Source of the DNA: an uncultured Burkholderiales bacterium
GTDB lineage: Bacteria; Pseudomonadota; Gammaproteobacteria; Burkholderiales; Thiobacillaceae
DNA: 34,329 nt
Direction of reading: 5' to 3'
Assembly: GCA_937925755.1 (NCBI GenBank)
Contig: CALAMX010000028.1
Location: 1 to 34,329, forward strand
The notes under the pieces are model-generated. The model saw nothing but the letters and a program-made list of their open reading frames with translations, ran no database searches and was not told the origin of the DNA. Shown piece after piece: positions 7,006 to 14,711 of the stretch; position 1 is the first letter of the stretch, and the number at the start of each line of letters is the position of its first letter. The position numbers and the translations under genes are program-made.

Positions 7006-8733
7006 TCAGTAGATGTCGTTGACGGTGTTGTAGAGGTTGAATTTGCCGGTGGGGGTGATCAGGCGCTTGTCCTTGATCACCGCCTTGAGGCTGCGCGTCT
7101 TGTCATCCATGACGACGATGGCCGACTCGCCCGTCTTCGGCCCCCACACCGAGAACCAGATCTCATCACCCGTCTTGTTGTACTCAGGATGGGTCACACG
7201 GCCTTTCTCGATACCGGCGAGTTTGGCGATGTTGATCACCTGGGCGGGCTTGGACAGGTCATTCAGGTCGAATACCGACACCGACTGCTGTTTTTCCGGA
7301 TCCGGATCGAGCGCCGCATCGACCCAGAGATTCTTGGACTTCGGATGGGTCTTGATGAACAGCGAGCCGCTGCCGTGGTTCTTCAGCGTGCGCACCACCT
7401 TCCAGGCATGCTTGGCATATCGCTTGTCTTCTGGGGCGGTGCCGATCACTGCCACGGTGTCGTCGCCAAGGTGTCCCGTGGCCCAGACGGGACCGTATTC
7501 CTTGTCGATCCAGTTGGCGCCGCGGCCCGGATGGGGCTTGATGCCAACCTTGACCTTGGCCGCCAACTGGCCGGTCTTGGTATCGACCGCAACCACGGTG
7601 TCGCGCATGTTGGCTGCGACCAGGAAGTAGCGTTTCGAACCGTCCCAGCCGCCATCGTGCAGGAAGCGCTCGGCCTCGATCTCTGTGGTCTTGAGGTTCT
7701 TGATGTCGGCGTAATTGACCAGGAGGATCTTACCGGTCTCTTTCACGTTGATGACAAACTCGGGCTTGATGTGTGAAGAGACGATGGAGGCCACGCGTGG
7801 CTCGGGATGGTACTCGCCCTCGTCGTAGGTGTAACCCCGCGTGCTCATCACCTTGAGCGGCTCCAGGGTGAAGCCGTCGAGCAGGACGTAGGACGGCGGC
7901 CAATAAGAACCGGCCACGGCGATCTTGTCGTCATAGCCTTTGAACTTGGCGGTGTCCACCGAACGCGCGTCCGAACCGATCCGAACCAGCGCCACCGTCT
8001 CCGGCTGCGGCATCCACAGATCGATCAGGTTGATCAACCCGTCGCGCCCGACCGTATAAAGGTAACGTCCTGACTTGGAGAAGCGCGAGATGTGCACGGC
8101 AAAGCCGGTCTTGAGGATCTTGACGATCTTCTTGCTGTTGCCATCGATCAGCGCGACCTCACCCGAATCCCGCAGGGTCACCGAGAACAGGTTGTCGAGG
8201 TCCAGATCGTTCATCTTGCGCGTGGGGCGTTTTTCCACCGGCACGAGCAGCTTCCAGGAGGCCTTGATCTCCTTGAGCCCCCACTCCGGCGGCTGCGGCG
8301 CCGGGTGCTGGATGTAGCGGGCCAGGATGTCGATCTCCTTGTCGGTGAGCTCGTTGGCGGTGCCAAAGCCCGGCATGCCACCCGCCGTGCCATAGGTCAT
8401 GAAGACCTTGAGGCTTTCCGTGCCCAGCTTCTGCATGTCCTTGGGCAACAGCGGCTTACCGGTGGCGCCCTTGCGCAGCACGCCGTGACAGCCGGCGCAG
8501 CGATCGAAATAGATCTGCCGCGCCTGCTCGAACTCGGCTTTGGTCATGGGCGGCGCCGCGGGATCGGCCGATTGATACATCTCCACCCCGGCCAGACCCG
8601 AGGGACCGCCTGCGCCGGCCTCATACGCTGCCCCTGGGGTCACGGGGGGATGCCCCGCCTGCTGCGCCCAGGCCACAGAAACGGCCAACGCCACTGGCGC
8701 TAGGCCCAAATTCGTCCATATCCGTTGCTGCAT
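7006..8733 (-). CDS. nirS: NirS, cytochrome cd1 nitrite reductase
   Basis: Signal peptide MQQRIWTNLGLAPVALAVSVAWA, haem c motif CAGCHG, and a long d1 propeller ending ...YNTVNDIY. Start chosen at ATG 8731-8733, with GGAGG 9 nt upstream; an alternative is ATG at 8754. The 650-aa track ORF is an upstream extension. Confidence 0.95.
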   Translation of the reverse strand: MQQRIWTNLGLAPVALAVSVAWAQQAGHPPVTPGAAYEAGAGGPSGLAGVEMYQSADPAAPPMTKAEFEQARQIYFDRCAGCHGVLRKGATGKPLLPKDMQKLGTESLKVFMTYGTAGGMPGFGTANELTDKEIDILARYIQHPAPQPPEWGLKEIKASWKLLVPVEKRPTRKMNDLDLDNLFSVTLRDSGEVALIDGNSKKIVKILKTGFAVHISRFSKSGRYLYTVGRDGLINLIDLWMPQPETVALVRIGSDARSVDTAKFKGYDDKIAVAGSYWPPSYVLLDGFTLEPLKVMSTRGYTYDEGEYHPEPRVASIVSSHIKPEFVINVKETGKILLVNYADIKNLKTTEIEAERFLHDGGWDGSKRYFLVAANMRDTVVAVDTKTGQLAAKVKVGIKPHPGRGANWIDKEYGPVWATGHLGDDTVAVIGTAPEDKRYAKHAWKVVRTLKNHGSGSLFIKTHPKSKNLWVDAALDPDPEKQQSVSVFDLNDLSKPAQVINIAKLAGIEKGRVTHPEYNKTGDEIWFSVWGPKTGESAIVVMDDKTRSLKAVIKDKRLITPTGKFNLYNTVNDIY

Positions 8734-8820
8734 TGCTCGTGCCCTCCATGACATGCCATTGCTGGCGACACTAAAAACCTCATGGCAAACAAGGTTGACA
8801 AACTCCCCTCGTTCACATCC

Positions 8821-8834
8821 TTGATTTTGGTCAA
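8821..8834. promoter_or_regulatory. FNR/Dnr/NnrR-type box 1 (TTGATTTTGGTCAA), proximal to nirS
   Basis: Matches the CRP/FNR-family consensus TTGAT-N4-ATCAA at 9/10 positions. Lies in the nirS/norC divergent region. Confidence 0.75.
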
Positions 8835-8850
8835 GCGAAGTACGCACCTC

Positions 8851-8864
8851 TTGATCTAGATCAA
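8851..8864. promoter_or_regulatory. FNR/Dnr/NnrR-type box 2 (TTGATCTAGATCAA), central
   Basis: Perfect TTGAT-N4-ATCAA palindrome, exactly 30 bp from box 1. Confidence 0.75.
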
Positions 8865-8880
8865 GCGCATCTCTTGGGGC

Positions 8881-8894
8881 TTGATCTTGATCAA
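8881..8894. promoter_or_regulatory. FNR/Dnr/NnrR-type box 3 (TTGATCTTGATCAA), proximal to the norC-side operon
   Basis: Perfect TTGAT-N4-ATCAA palindrome, exactly 30 bp from box 2. A TAGCAT -10-like hexamer at 8917-8922 fits a class II (-41.5) arrangement for plus-strand transcription. Confidence 0.75.
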
Positions 8895-8949
8895 ACGCCG
8901 ACGGCAACGAAGGTCCTAGCATGTGCGAAAAATCGAGGAAGAGGCATCC

Positions 8950-9270
8950 ATGCTGCAACCAGTCGAGTTAGCGAATTTCTTTACCGTTTTCTTCAGCGCC
9001 GCCATGGTCATCCTGTTCGGCGCGCTGTATGCATTGCTCTTTGCCTGGTCACGCGTGAGCCGGCGCCCCTGGCTCATGCCCTGGGCCTATGCCGCCTACG
9101 CAGGCCTTGCCGCCTCGGTTCTCGTCCTGGGCCGGGCCGCCAACCTGTTCGACGGTGGTCTATGGACCGTCGTCATCAGTCTGATGCTCATTGGCTATCT
9201 GCTTGCCCCACACGGGGTATGGCACCTGTGTGTAGGTACCCACGCCCACACCGGGCCGGGCGATACCTAA
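8950..9270 (+). CDS. 106-aa hypothetical integral membrane protein (about 3 TM helices, His/Cys-rich C-terminal tail), first cistron ahead of norC
   Basis: ATG 8950 has GAGGAAGAGG upstream. Product MLQPVELANFFTVFFSAAMVILFGALYALLFAW... has three hydrophobic segments and the tail HGVWHLCVGTHAHTG. Third positions are GC-rich. It overlaps the non-coding upstream extension of the norC frame. Confidence 0.55.
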   Translation: MLQPVELANFFTVFFSAAMVILFGALYALLFAWSRVSRRPWLMPWAYAAYAGLAASVLVLGRAANLFDGGLWTVVISLMLIGYLLAPHGVWHLCVGTHAHTGPGDT

Positions 9271-9305
9271 GCGTCGTTTTTCCAACCGCGCAAGGAGGCA
9301 GACAC

Positions 9306-9986
9306 ATGACCGCTGCAAAACTGTACTGGTGGGCCTCGGAGTCCTTCTGGAAGAAAATGGCCATCTGGATCACCGCGGCTTCCGCCGTGGTGCTGATCTT
9401 TCTCACCTTCGACACGGTGGCCAAGATCACCGCCGGCAGCAAACGCGTGCCGGCCTATTCGGTGATCAACCACCGTATCGATTACGTGTTCGATGAGAAG
9501 CGCAACCACCAGGTCCCCGTGATCGGCCCCGAGGAACCGCTGTTCGGCCGCAAGCTCAGCGAAGAGGAGGCGGCAGCGCTGGTGAGCAAAGGCAAACTCA
9601 CCGTGCAGGCGAAAAACTGCATGAACTGCCACACCCTGCTCGGCAACGGTGCCTACTACGCGCCCGACCTGACCAAGGCCTGGCTCGACCCGGCCTGGGG
9701 TTCGAAAGAGGTGCGCGAACAGCTCATGGTCGACTTCCTCATCGACCCGAGCGACAAGCTGCACAACGTCCTGGGGCGGCGCATGCCGAAGCTGGGCATC
9801 ACTGAGGAAGAGGCGCACGCCGTGGTGGCCTTCCTGAAGTGGATGAGCGCCATCGATACCAATGGCTTTCCGGCCAATTTCAAACCCATCGAGCAGTCGG
9901 ATACGCCTGCCGCGGCCAACGTGTCCTCTGCCCCGGCGGCGAGTCAGGCTGCAGGGGCAGCGCCCGAGTCTACGCCCGTTCAATGA
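9306..9986 (+). CDS. norC: NorC, membrane-anchored cytochrome c subunit of nitric oxide reductase (long form)
   Basis: AAGGAGG lies upstream of ATG 9306. It has an N-terminal TM helix, haem motif CMNCH followed by TLLGNGAYYAPDL, and ...FLKWMSAIDTNGFP, typical of NorC. It lies directly upstream of norB. Confidence 0.9.
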   Translation: MTAAKLYWWASESFWKKMAIWITAASAVVLIFLTFDTVAKITAGSKRVPAYSVINHRIDYVFDEKRNHQVPVIGPEEPLFGRKLSEEEAAALVSKGKLTVQAKNCMNCHTLLGNGAYYAPDLTKAWLDPAWGSKEVREQLMVDFLIDPSDKLHNVLGRRMPKLGITEEEAHAVVAFLKWMSAIDTNGFPANFKPIEQSDTPAAANVSSAPAASQAAGAAPESTPVQ

Positions 9987-10004
9987 CCTACAAGGAGACG
10001 TGAC

Positions 10005-11462
10005 ATGGCAACTCTTGGTGTGCTTGACAGCGCCAACCTCAACGGTGGCCAGAAACTGGCGGTGAAATACTTCACCGTCGCCATTGCCTTGTTCGGCGCC
10101 CAGGTCCTCTTCGGCCTGCTCGCCGGCCTCCAATATCTGTACCCGGACTTCCTCTACGGCGTGCTTGACTTCTCGGTCAACCGCATGCTGCACATCAACG
10201 CCATGGTGGTATGGCTGTTGTTTGGCTTCATCGGCGCCGCGTATTGGCTGCTAGAGGACGAGGCTGGCGTGCCGGTGGTGGGCCTTGCCCTCGGCAACCT
10301 CATCTTCTGGGTGCTCACCCTGGCGGTGACGGTCGTCGTCCTCGTTTACCTGTTGGTCCAGGTCGGTCCAGGTGAGATCAAATCCATTTGGCTCATCAAC
10401 GAGGGACGTGAGTACATCGAGGCGCCGCGCTGGGCGGACATCGGCATCGTCGTCGCCGTGCTGGTGTTCTTCTACAACGTCGCCGCCACCTTCATGAAGG
10501 GCCGCTTCACCGGTATCGGCGGTGTGCTGGTGCTCGACCTGGTGGCCCTGGCTGGCCTCTACTTGGCAGGGATGTGGTACACCCCCAATGTCTCCATGGA
10601 CCAGTACTGGTGGTGGTGGGTCATCCACCTCTGGGTGGAGGCCACCTGGGAGGTCTTGGTCGGGTGCCTTTTGGCCTACGGGCTGATGAAGACCCTTGGG
10701 GTGAGTCGCCGGATCGTCGAGACCTGGCTCTATATCGAAGTGGCGCTACTGTTCGGCTCCGGCATCCTCGGCTTGGGCCACCACTATTTCTGGATCGGTA
10801 CACCCGAGTACTGGCTTGCCATTGGCGGTTTCTTCTCGGCTTTGGAGCCGATTCCTCTCGTGGCCATGGTGGTGCATGCGGTGTTCGACGCGGGGCATCA
10901 CAAGCTGAAGAGCACCAACAACCCGGCGCTCGCCTGGATGATCGCGCAGGCCTTCGGCAACTTCTTCGGTGCCGGGGTGTGGGGCTTCATGCATACCTTG
11001 CCGCAGATCAATCTCTATACGCATGGCACGCAGTGGACGGCCTCGCATGGGCATCTCGCCTTCTTCGGGGCGTACGCCACCATCGTCATCGCCTTCGTCT
11101 ATCTGGCCGTGCAGAAGTGGCGCGGTAATGTCTGGATGAGCGGCGAAGTGGTCGGTTCCTGGCGCTGGAAGTGGGCGATCTTCCTGCTGCATGTCGGCAT
11201 CATCGGCATGACTATGGCCCTGCTCATCGCTGGCTATGAACAGTCGCAAATCGAGCGGGCGATCGAGGGCTCGACCTGGATGGGTTATTTCGCCGCCCAA
11301 GCCCACCCATGGTTCCAGCAAGGCATGGTCTGGCGGATGATCACCGGCTGGATCTTTGCCGCCGGCTTCCTGCTGCTGGCCTGGGACCTGCTCACCATCG
11401 GCAGCCGGGAGTCCCGCCCAGCACGTCGGCTGGAGCCGCAGGAAGCGATGGCAGCCGGCTGA
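10005..11462 (+). CDS. norB: NorB, haem-copper-type catalytic subunit of nitric oxide reductase (cNOR)
   Basis: A 485-aa polytopic membrane protein with conserved His-containing helices (e.g. HHYFWIG, HGHLAFFGAY). AAGGAG precedes ATG 10005. Paired with norC. Confidence 0.95.
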   Translation: MATLGVLDSANLNGGQKLAVKYFTVAIALFGAQVLFGLLAGLQYLYPDFLYGVLDFSVNRMLHINAMVVWLLFGFIGAAYWLLEDEAGVPVVGLALGNLIFWVLTLAVTVVVLVYLLVQVGPGEIKSIWLINEGREYIEAPRWADIGIVVAVLVFFYNVAATFMKGRFTGIGGVLVLDLVALAGLYLAGMWYTPNVSMDQYWWWWVIHLWVEATWEVLVGCLLAYGLMKTLGVSRRIVETWLYIEVALLFGSGILGLGHHYFWIGTPEYWLAIGGFFSALEPIPLVAMVVHAVFDAGHHKLKSTNNPALAWMIAQAFGNFFGAGVWGFMHTLPQINLYTHGTQWTASHGHLAFFGAYATIVIAFVYLAVQKWRGNVWMSGEVVGSWRWKWAIFLLHVGIIGMTMALLIAGYEQSQIERAIEGSTWMGYFAAQAHPWFQQGMVWRMITGWIFAAGFLLLAWDLLTIGSRESRPARRLEPQEAMAAG

Positions 11463-11493
11463 ACGACAACACCAATCCTCTCCGCCGCGCAGT

Positions 11494-11524
11494 CAGGCCT
11501 GTCCACGCGACAGGCCTTTTTTTA
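11494..11524 (+). terminator. Rho-independent terminator of norCB
   Basis: AGGCCTGTC-CACGC-GACAGGCCT is followed by a run of T, about 30 nt after the norB stop. Confidence 0.8.
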
Positions 11525-11546
11525 TGGGCGAGCGTACCGGTCGTCC

Positions 11547-11575
11547 ATAAAAAAGGCGTCCTTGCGGACGCCTTT
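11547..11575 (-). terminator. Rho-independent terminator of the convergent minus-strand gene (11598-12494)
   Basis: On the minus strand AAAGGCGTCC-GCAA-GGACGCCTTT is followed by a T-run, about 20 nt after the stop at 11598. Confidence 0.75.
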
Positions 11576-11597
11576 GCGGGCGATAAACAAGATCTGG

Positions 11598-12494
11598 TTA
11601 CTTCTTGGCCGGGGCAGCCTGTTGTTGGGGCACCTGCCACAGTTGGGTCCAGGAGGCCGGATCGAACGGGTTGAAGATGTAGGGTTGGGTCGTTCCCTGC
11701 TGCTGGCCGGCCTGTTGCGGGGCTTGGGCGCCGGGCACGGTGAACATCTGCGACCAGGCCGACGGATCGAACGGGTTGAACACCTGCGGCTGGCCGCCCG
11801 GCGCGACGGGCACCGTGTAGGACGGCTGCGCGGTGGTACCCGGGGTCAGGAAGCCTTTCCACAGGTCGCCGTAGGAGGCCGGGTTCATCATGGCGCCCAG
11901 CCAACCCAGATAGACGTTGGGGTTCATTGGCGCGATCATGGCCTGCATCCAGCGCGGATCGAGCGGCGCCAGCATCCACTTCATGTACATGCCGGGGTTC
12001 AGCCCCTGCAGCATCAGGCCCCACAGCTTGGGATCGATGGGCGCCATCATCCAGCGCATCATCTTGCCCGGGTCGGTGAACTGGGTGAGCAGCGCCGTGT
12101 AGAAGTTCGGGTCCATGGAGGCGGTGAGCCAGCGCATGTACACATTGGGATCGGTCATCAACGGCGCCCAGGCGCTGAAGGCCGCGGGGTTCATCATGGT
12201 GTTCATCATGTAGCCCCACATGGCCGGATCGAGCGACTGCTGACCGAGGGCGGTATAGAAGCTCGGCTCCAGGGCGGCGCTGAACCAGGGCACGAAGGCC
12301 TTGGGATCACGCAACACCATGGGGTTGCGGGTGAAATCCCACATCATGGCGGCCCACTGGTCCGGGGTGCGGGGTAGCTGGGTGGCCTGCTGCTGGGCCG
12401 CACCGGCCTGTGCCGGCTGCTGGGCTGACGCCGTGGCCGGCGCGGCGACCGCCGCGGCAAGGGCAATGGAGAGGGACAAGGTTTTCAGTTTCAT
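11598..12494 (-). CDS. Secreted Met/Trp/Pro-rich tandem-repeat protein (hypothetical)
   Basis: GGAGG lies 6 nt upstream of ATG 12492-12494. Signal peptide is MKLKTLSLSIALAAAVAAPATASA. About 13 consecutive 12-13-residue repeats start with D/N-P, and there are two C-terminal FNPFDP(S/A)(A/S)W repeats. The 364-aa track ORF is an upstream extension. Confidence 0.75.
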   Translation of the reverse strand: MKLKTLSLSIALAAAVAAPATASAQQPAQAGAAQQQATQLPRTPDQWAAMMWDFTRNPMVLRDPKAFVPWFSAALEPSFYTALGQQSLDPAMWGYMMNTMMNPAAFSAWAPLMTDPNVYMRWLTASMDPNFYTALLTQFTDPGKMMRWMMAPIDPKLWGLMLQGLNPGMYMKWMLAPLDPRWMQAMIAPMNPNVYLGWLGAMMNPASYGDLWKGFLTPGTTAQPSYTVPVAPGGQPQVFNPFDPSAWSQMFTVPGAQAPQQAGQQQGTTQPYIFNPFDPASWTQLWQVPQQQAAPAKK

Positions 12495-12840
12495 GTGATG
12501 CCTCCGTACGGTTGGTCTCGGGTGAGGTCGTTCTGGCCTATCTCCGCGGGCCTGCCAATGCACATACAGATGACTGCTGCAACGCATAGATGCATGCCCT
12601 GACTTGGTCTTGCACGACAGTGCTGGCGTCACGGATGAACATCCCACGACCATTGGATCGTGGAATACCCTTCTGCCCACAAGACCAGGCAATTACAGTA
12701 TATCAAAGCCCCATGCAATGAATGACACGCTGCCGCAGGCCGCGCGGCGGGAGGGTGATACGACTGTTGTCGAATCGAGACGTCATGATCCGGTTGACCT
12801 GAATCCGGATGGGGTCGATTGTGTCGAGCCCTCGAACGCC

Positions 12841-14625
12841 TCAAGTGGATTGGGCATGCGGGCCGCGCCGGCGATCGACGAAAAGCGCGCTCGCCGCGCT
12901 GCGTTTGGCCATGCGTTTGGCCTCGGCGGCGGCACGGGCGACTTCGTGGTAGCTGTGGTATGCCGAGGGATCGACGCTGACCGCGCCCAGAGCCAGCGAC
13001 ACCAAGGGATGAAACTCCAGCTCGCCGCGGCGGTTTTCGCTGGTGTAGCCACCCGCCGCCCGGTGCGCTTCGTGGAAGAACTGGGGCGCGGCATTGTCGA
13101 AGCCCTGCAGGATCCGGTGGCAGCGGGCCTCCCAGTCCGGGCTCTGCAACAAAACGACGAAGTCGTCACCACCGATGTGACCGACGAAGTCCAACTCGGG
13201 GTGTGCCGCCTTGACCAGGATGTCTCCCAACATGGCGATCATGTCGTCGCCGCGGCGGAAGCCATAGACGTCGTTGTAGGGTTTGAAGGCGTTGAGGTCG
13301 GCATAGACGGCGACGAAGGGCGCGCCGGCGGCGAGCAGCCGCTCGATGTGCTGCTGGATCGGCACATTGCCGGGCAGCCCGGTCAGCGGGTTGGCGTAGC
13401 GCGCCGCGACGATCTGCAGCTCGCTCAGCGCGCGCATGAGATCGAAGCCCGAGCCCATACCAACATAGCGCCCTTCCGCCGTGATGATGAAGCCGGAGGT
13501 GAAGGCTTGCTTGCCCTTGTGCACGACCAGTTCGGACAGGTCGTGTATCAGGGTGCCCTGATCGACCACCAAGGGTTCGGGGTCCATGAAGCTGCGGCAC
13601 GGCCGTCGGCCAAAAAGTTCACGACTGTAGAGGCGGATGAAGCGGTCCATCATCACCGCCCTGTGGATGATGCCGACCGGTCTGCCGTCCTCGACGACGG
13701 CGATCGCATCCAGCGCCGGGTTCGCCAGCATGAGGTCGAGCGCCACCTCCGCCGGTGTTTCCGGGTCCACGCTGGGTGCCTTCATCAGCAGTACGGCGGC
13801 CCGCACCTGTCCGCTTGCGTTCACCGCCGGTCCCGGGAACACCCCTACCCGGTTCGCACTCAGGCAACTTTGCGCCTCGGGCGAGGGTAGTCGCGCCGGC
13901 AGGGTGCCCGGGCGACCGATGAAATAGCCCTGGGCAAAGCGTATGCCCAGGTCGCGGACGATGCTCAACTGTGAGGCAAGCTCCACGCCTTCGCCCACCA
14001 GACGCGCCCCGACCCCCTCGGCAATCTGCTGGATGGAGCGCACGAACTCGAGTTTGTGCGGGTCTTGGTGGATGCCATCGATGAAATGCTTGTCGATCTT
14101 GACATAGTTCGGCTTGAGTTCCGACCACAGGCGCAGGCTGGAGAAACCCTCGCCGAGATCGTCCATGGCGATCCTCACCCCCGAGGCATGCAGCGACTCG
14201 GTGATGTGGCGCAGGGTGGCGAAATCGAAACCAGGCGCGGTCTCGGTCAGTTCGAGCACGACCCGCATCGGCTCGATGCCGGCGGCGCGGATCAGGCCGG
14301 TGAGGCGCTCGCTGATCGCCTCTACGGTGAGCAGCGTGGTCGGCGATAGGTTGATGAAAACCCGGCCGGGCAGGTCATGGGCAGCGAAGTTGGTGAGCGC
14401 CGCCTCGACACAGACCAGATCGAGTTCCGCGGTCAGTCCCAGATACCCTGCGGCCCTGAACAGGGCCTCCGGCACGTGCAGGCTGCTATCCGAAGGCCCA
14501 CGGCTCAGGGCCTCATAGCCGTGGATGCGCCCCTCCCGCAGATCCAGGATGGGCTGAAACAAGCTGGTGATCTGCTTGTGCCGCAGGATCTGCTGGAACT
14601 GTGCGTTGAGTTCGTCAAATCCCAT
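12841..14625 (-). CDS. c-di-GMP signalling protein, EAL domain - CBS pair - GGDEF-type domain
   Basis: EAL-domain motifs are FQPILDL...GYEALSR, ELTE, DDLGEG and KIDK. A central CBS-like pair follows, then a C-terminal GGDEF-type domain with NPLTGLPGN and HIGGDDFVV. Start taken at ATG 14623-14625 (MGFDELNAQ...); an alternative ATG at 14682 adds 19 low-GC3 codons. Confidence 0.85.
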   Translation of the reverse strand: MGFDELNAQFQQILRHKQITSLFQPILDLREGRIHGYEALSRGPSDSSLHVPEALFRAAGYLGLTAELDLVCVEAALTNFAAHDLPGRVFINLSPTTLLTVEAISERLTGLIRAAGIEPMRVVLELTETAPGFDFATLRHITESLHASGVRIAMDDLGEGFSSLRLWSELKPNYVKIDKHFIDGIHQDPHKLEFVRSIQQIAEGVGARLVGEGVELASQLSIVRDLGIRFAQGYFIGRPGTLPARLPSPEAQSCLSANRVGVFPGPAVNASGQVRAAVLLMKAPSVDPETPAEVALDLMLANPALDAIAVVEDGRPVGIIHRAVMMDRFIRLYSRELFGRRPCRSFMDPEPLVVDQGTLIHDLSELVVHKGKQAFTSGFIITAEGRYVGMGSGFDLMRALSELQIVAARYANPLTGLPGNVPIQQHIERLLAAGAPFVAVYADLNAFKPYNDVYGFRRGDDMIAMLGDILVKAAHPELDFVGHIGGDDFVVLLQSPDWEARCHRILQGFDNAAPQFFHEAHRAAGGYTSENRRGELEFHPLVSLALGAVSVDPSAYHSYHEVARAAAEAKRMAKRSAASALFVDRRRGPHAQST

Positions 14626-14711
14626 GGCCGAGCCTAGGAGACTCGTTGCCGGCAACACTGGGGCGACAGGTCGTCGTGTCATGACACCATCGTATGGGTT
14701 CTCTGATCAGG

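Noticed and set aside
8821-8910. Possible mini-CRISPR (14-bp palindromic repeat with 16-bp spacers, three copies)
   Set aside because: The repeat is far too short and there are only three copies, with no cas genes. The repeat equals the FNR/Dnr consensus in a nir/nor control region.
8874-9305. N-terminal 144-residue extension of the norC frame (track ORF 8874-9986). Similar upstream extensions exist for nirN, nirF, nirS, nirG, nirH, the repeat protein and the OM barrel.
   Set aside because: The extensions lack SD sequences, run through intergenic or upstream-gene sequence and have non-protein-like composition. Internal starts with SD, signal peptides or ATGA coupling fit much better.
12495-12840. 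346-bp intergenic region searched for small genes, tRNA and FNR or sigma54 sites (track ORF 12629-12844, 71 aa)
   Set aside because: The 71-aa ORF has no SD and an odd composition. Only a short AT-rich patch (about 12690-12725) with TATACT- and TTGCAT-like hexamers on the minus strand was seen, at incompatible spacing. It is probably just the promoter and long leader of the repeat-protein gene.
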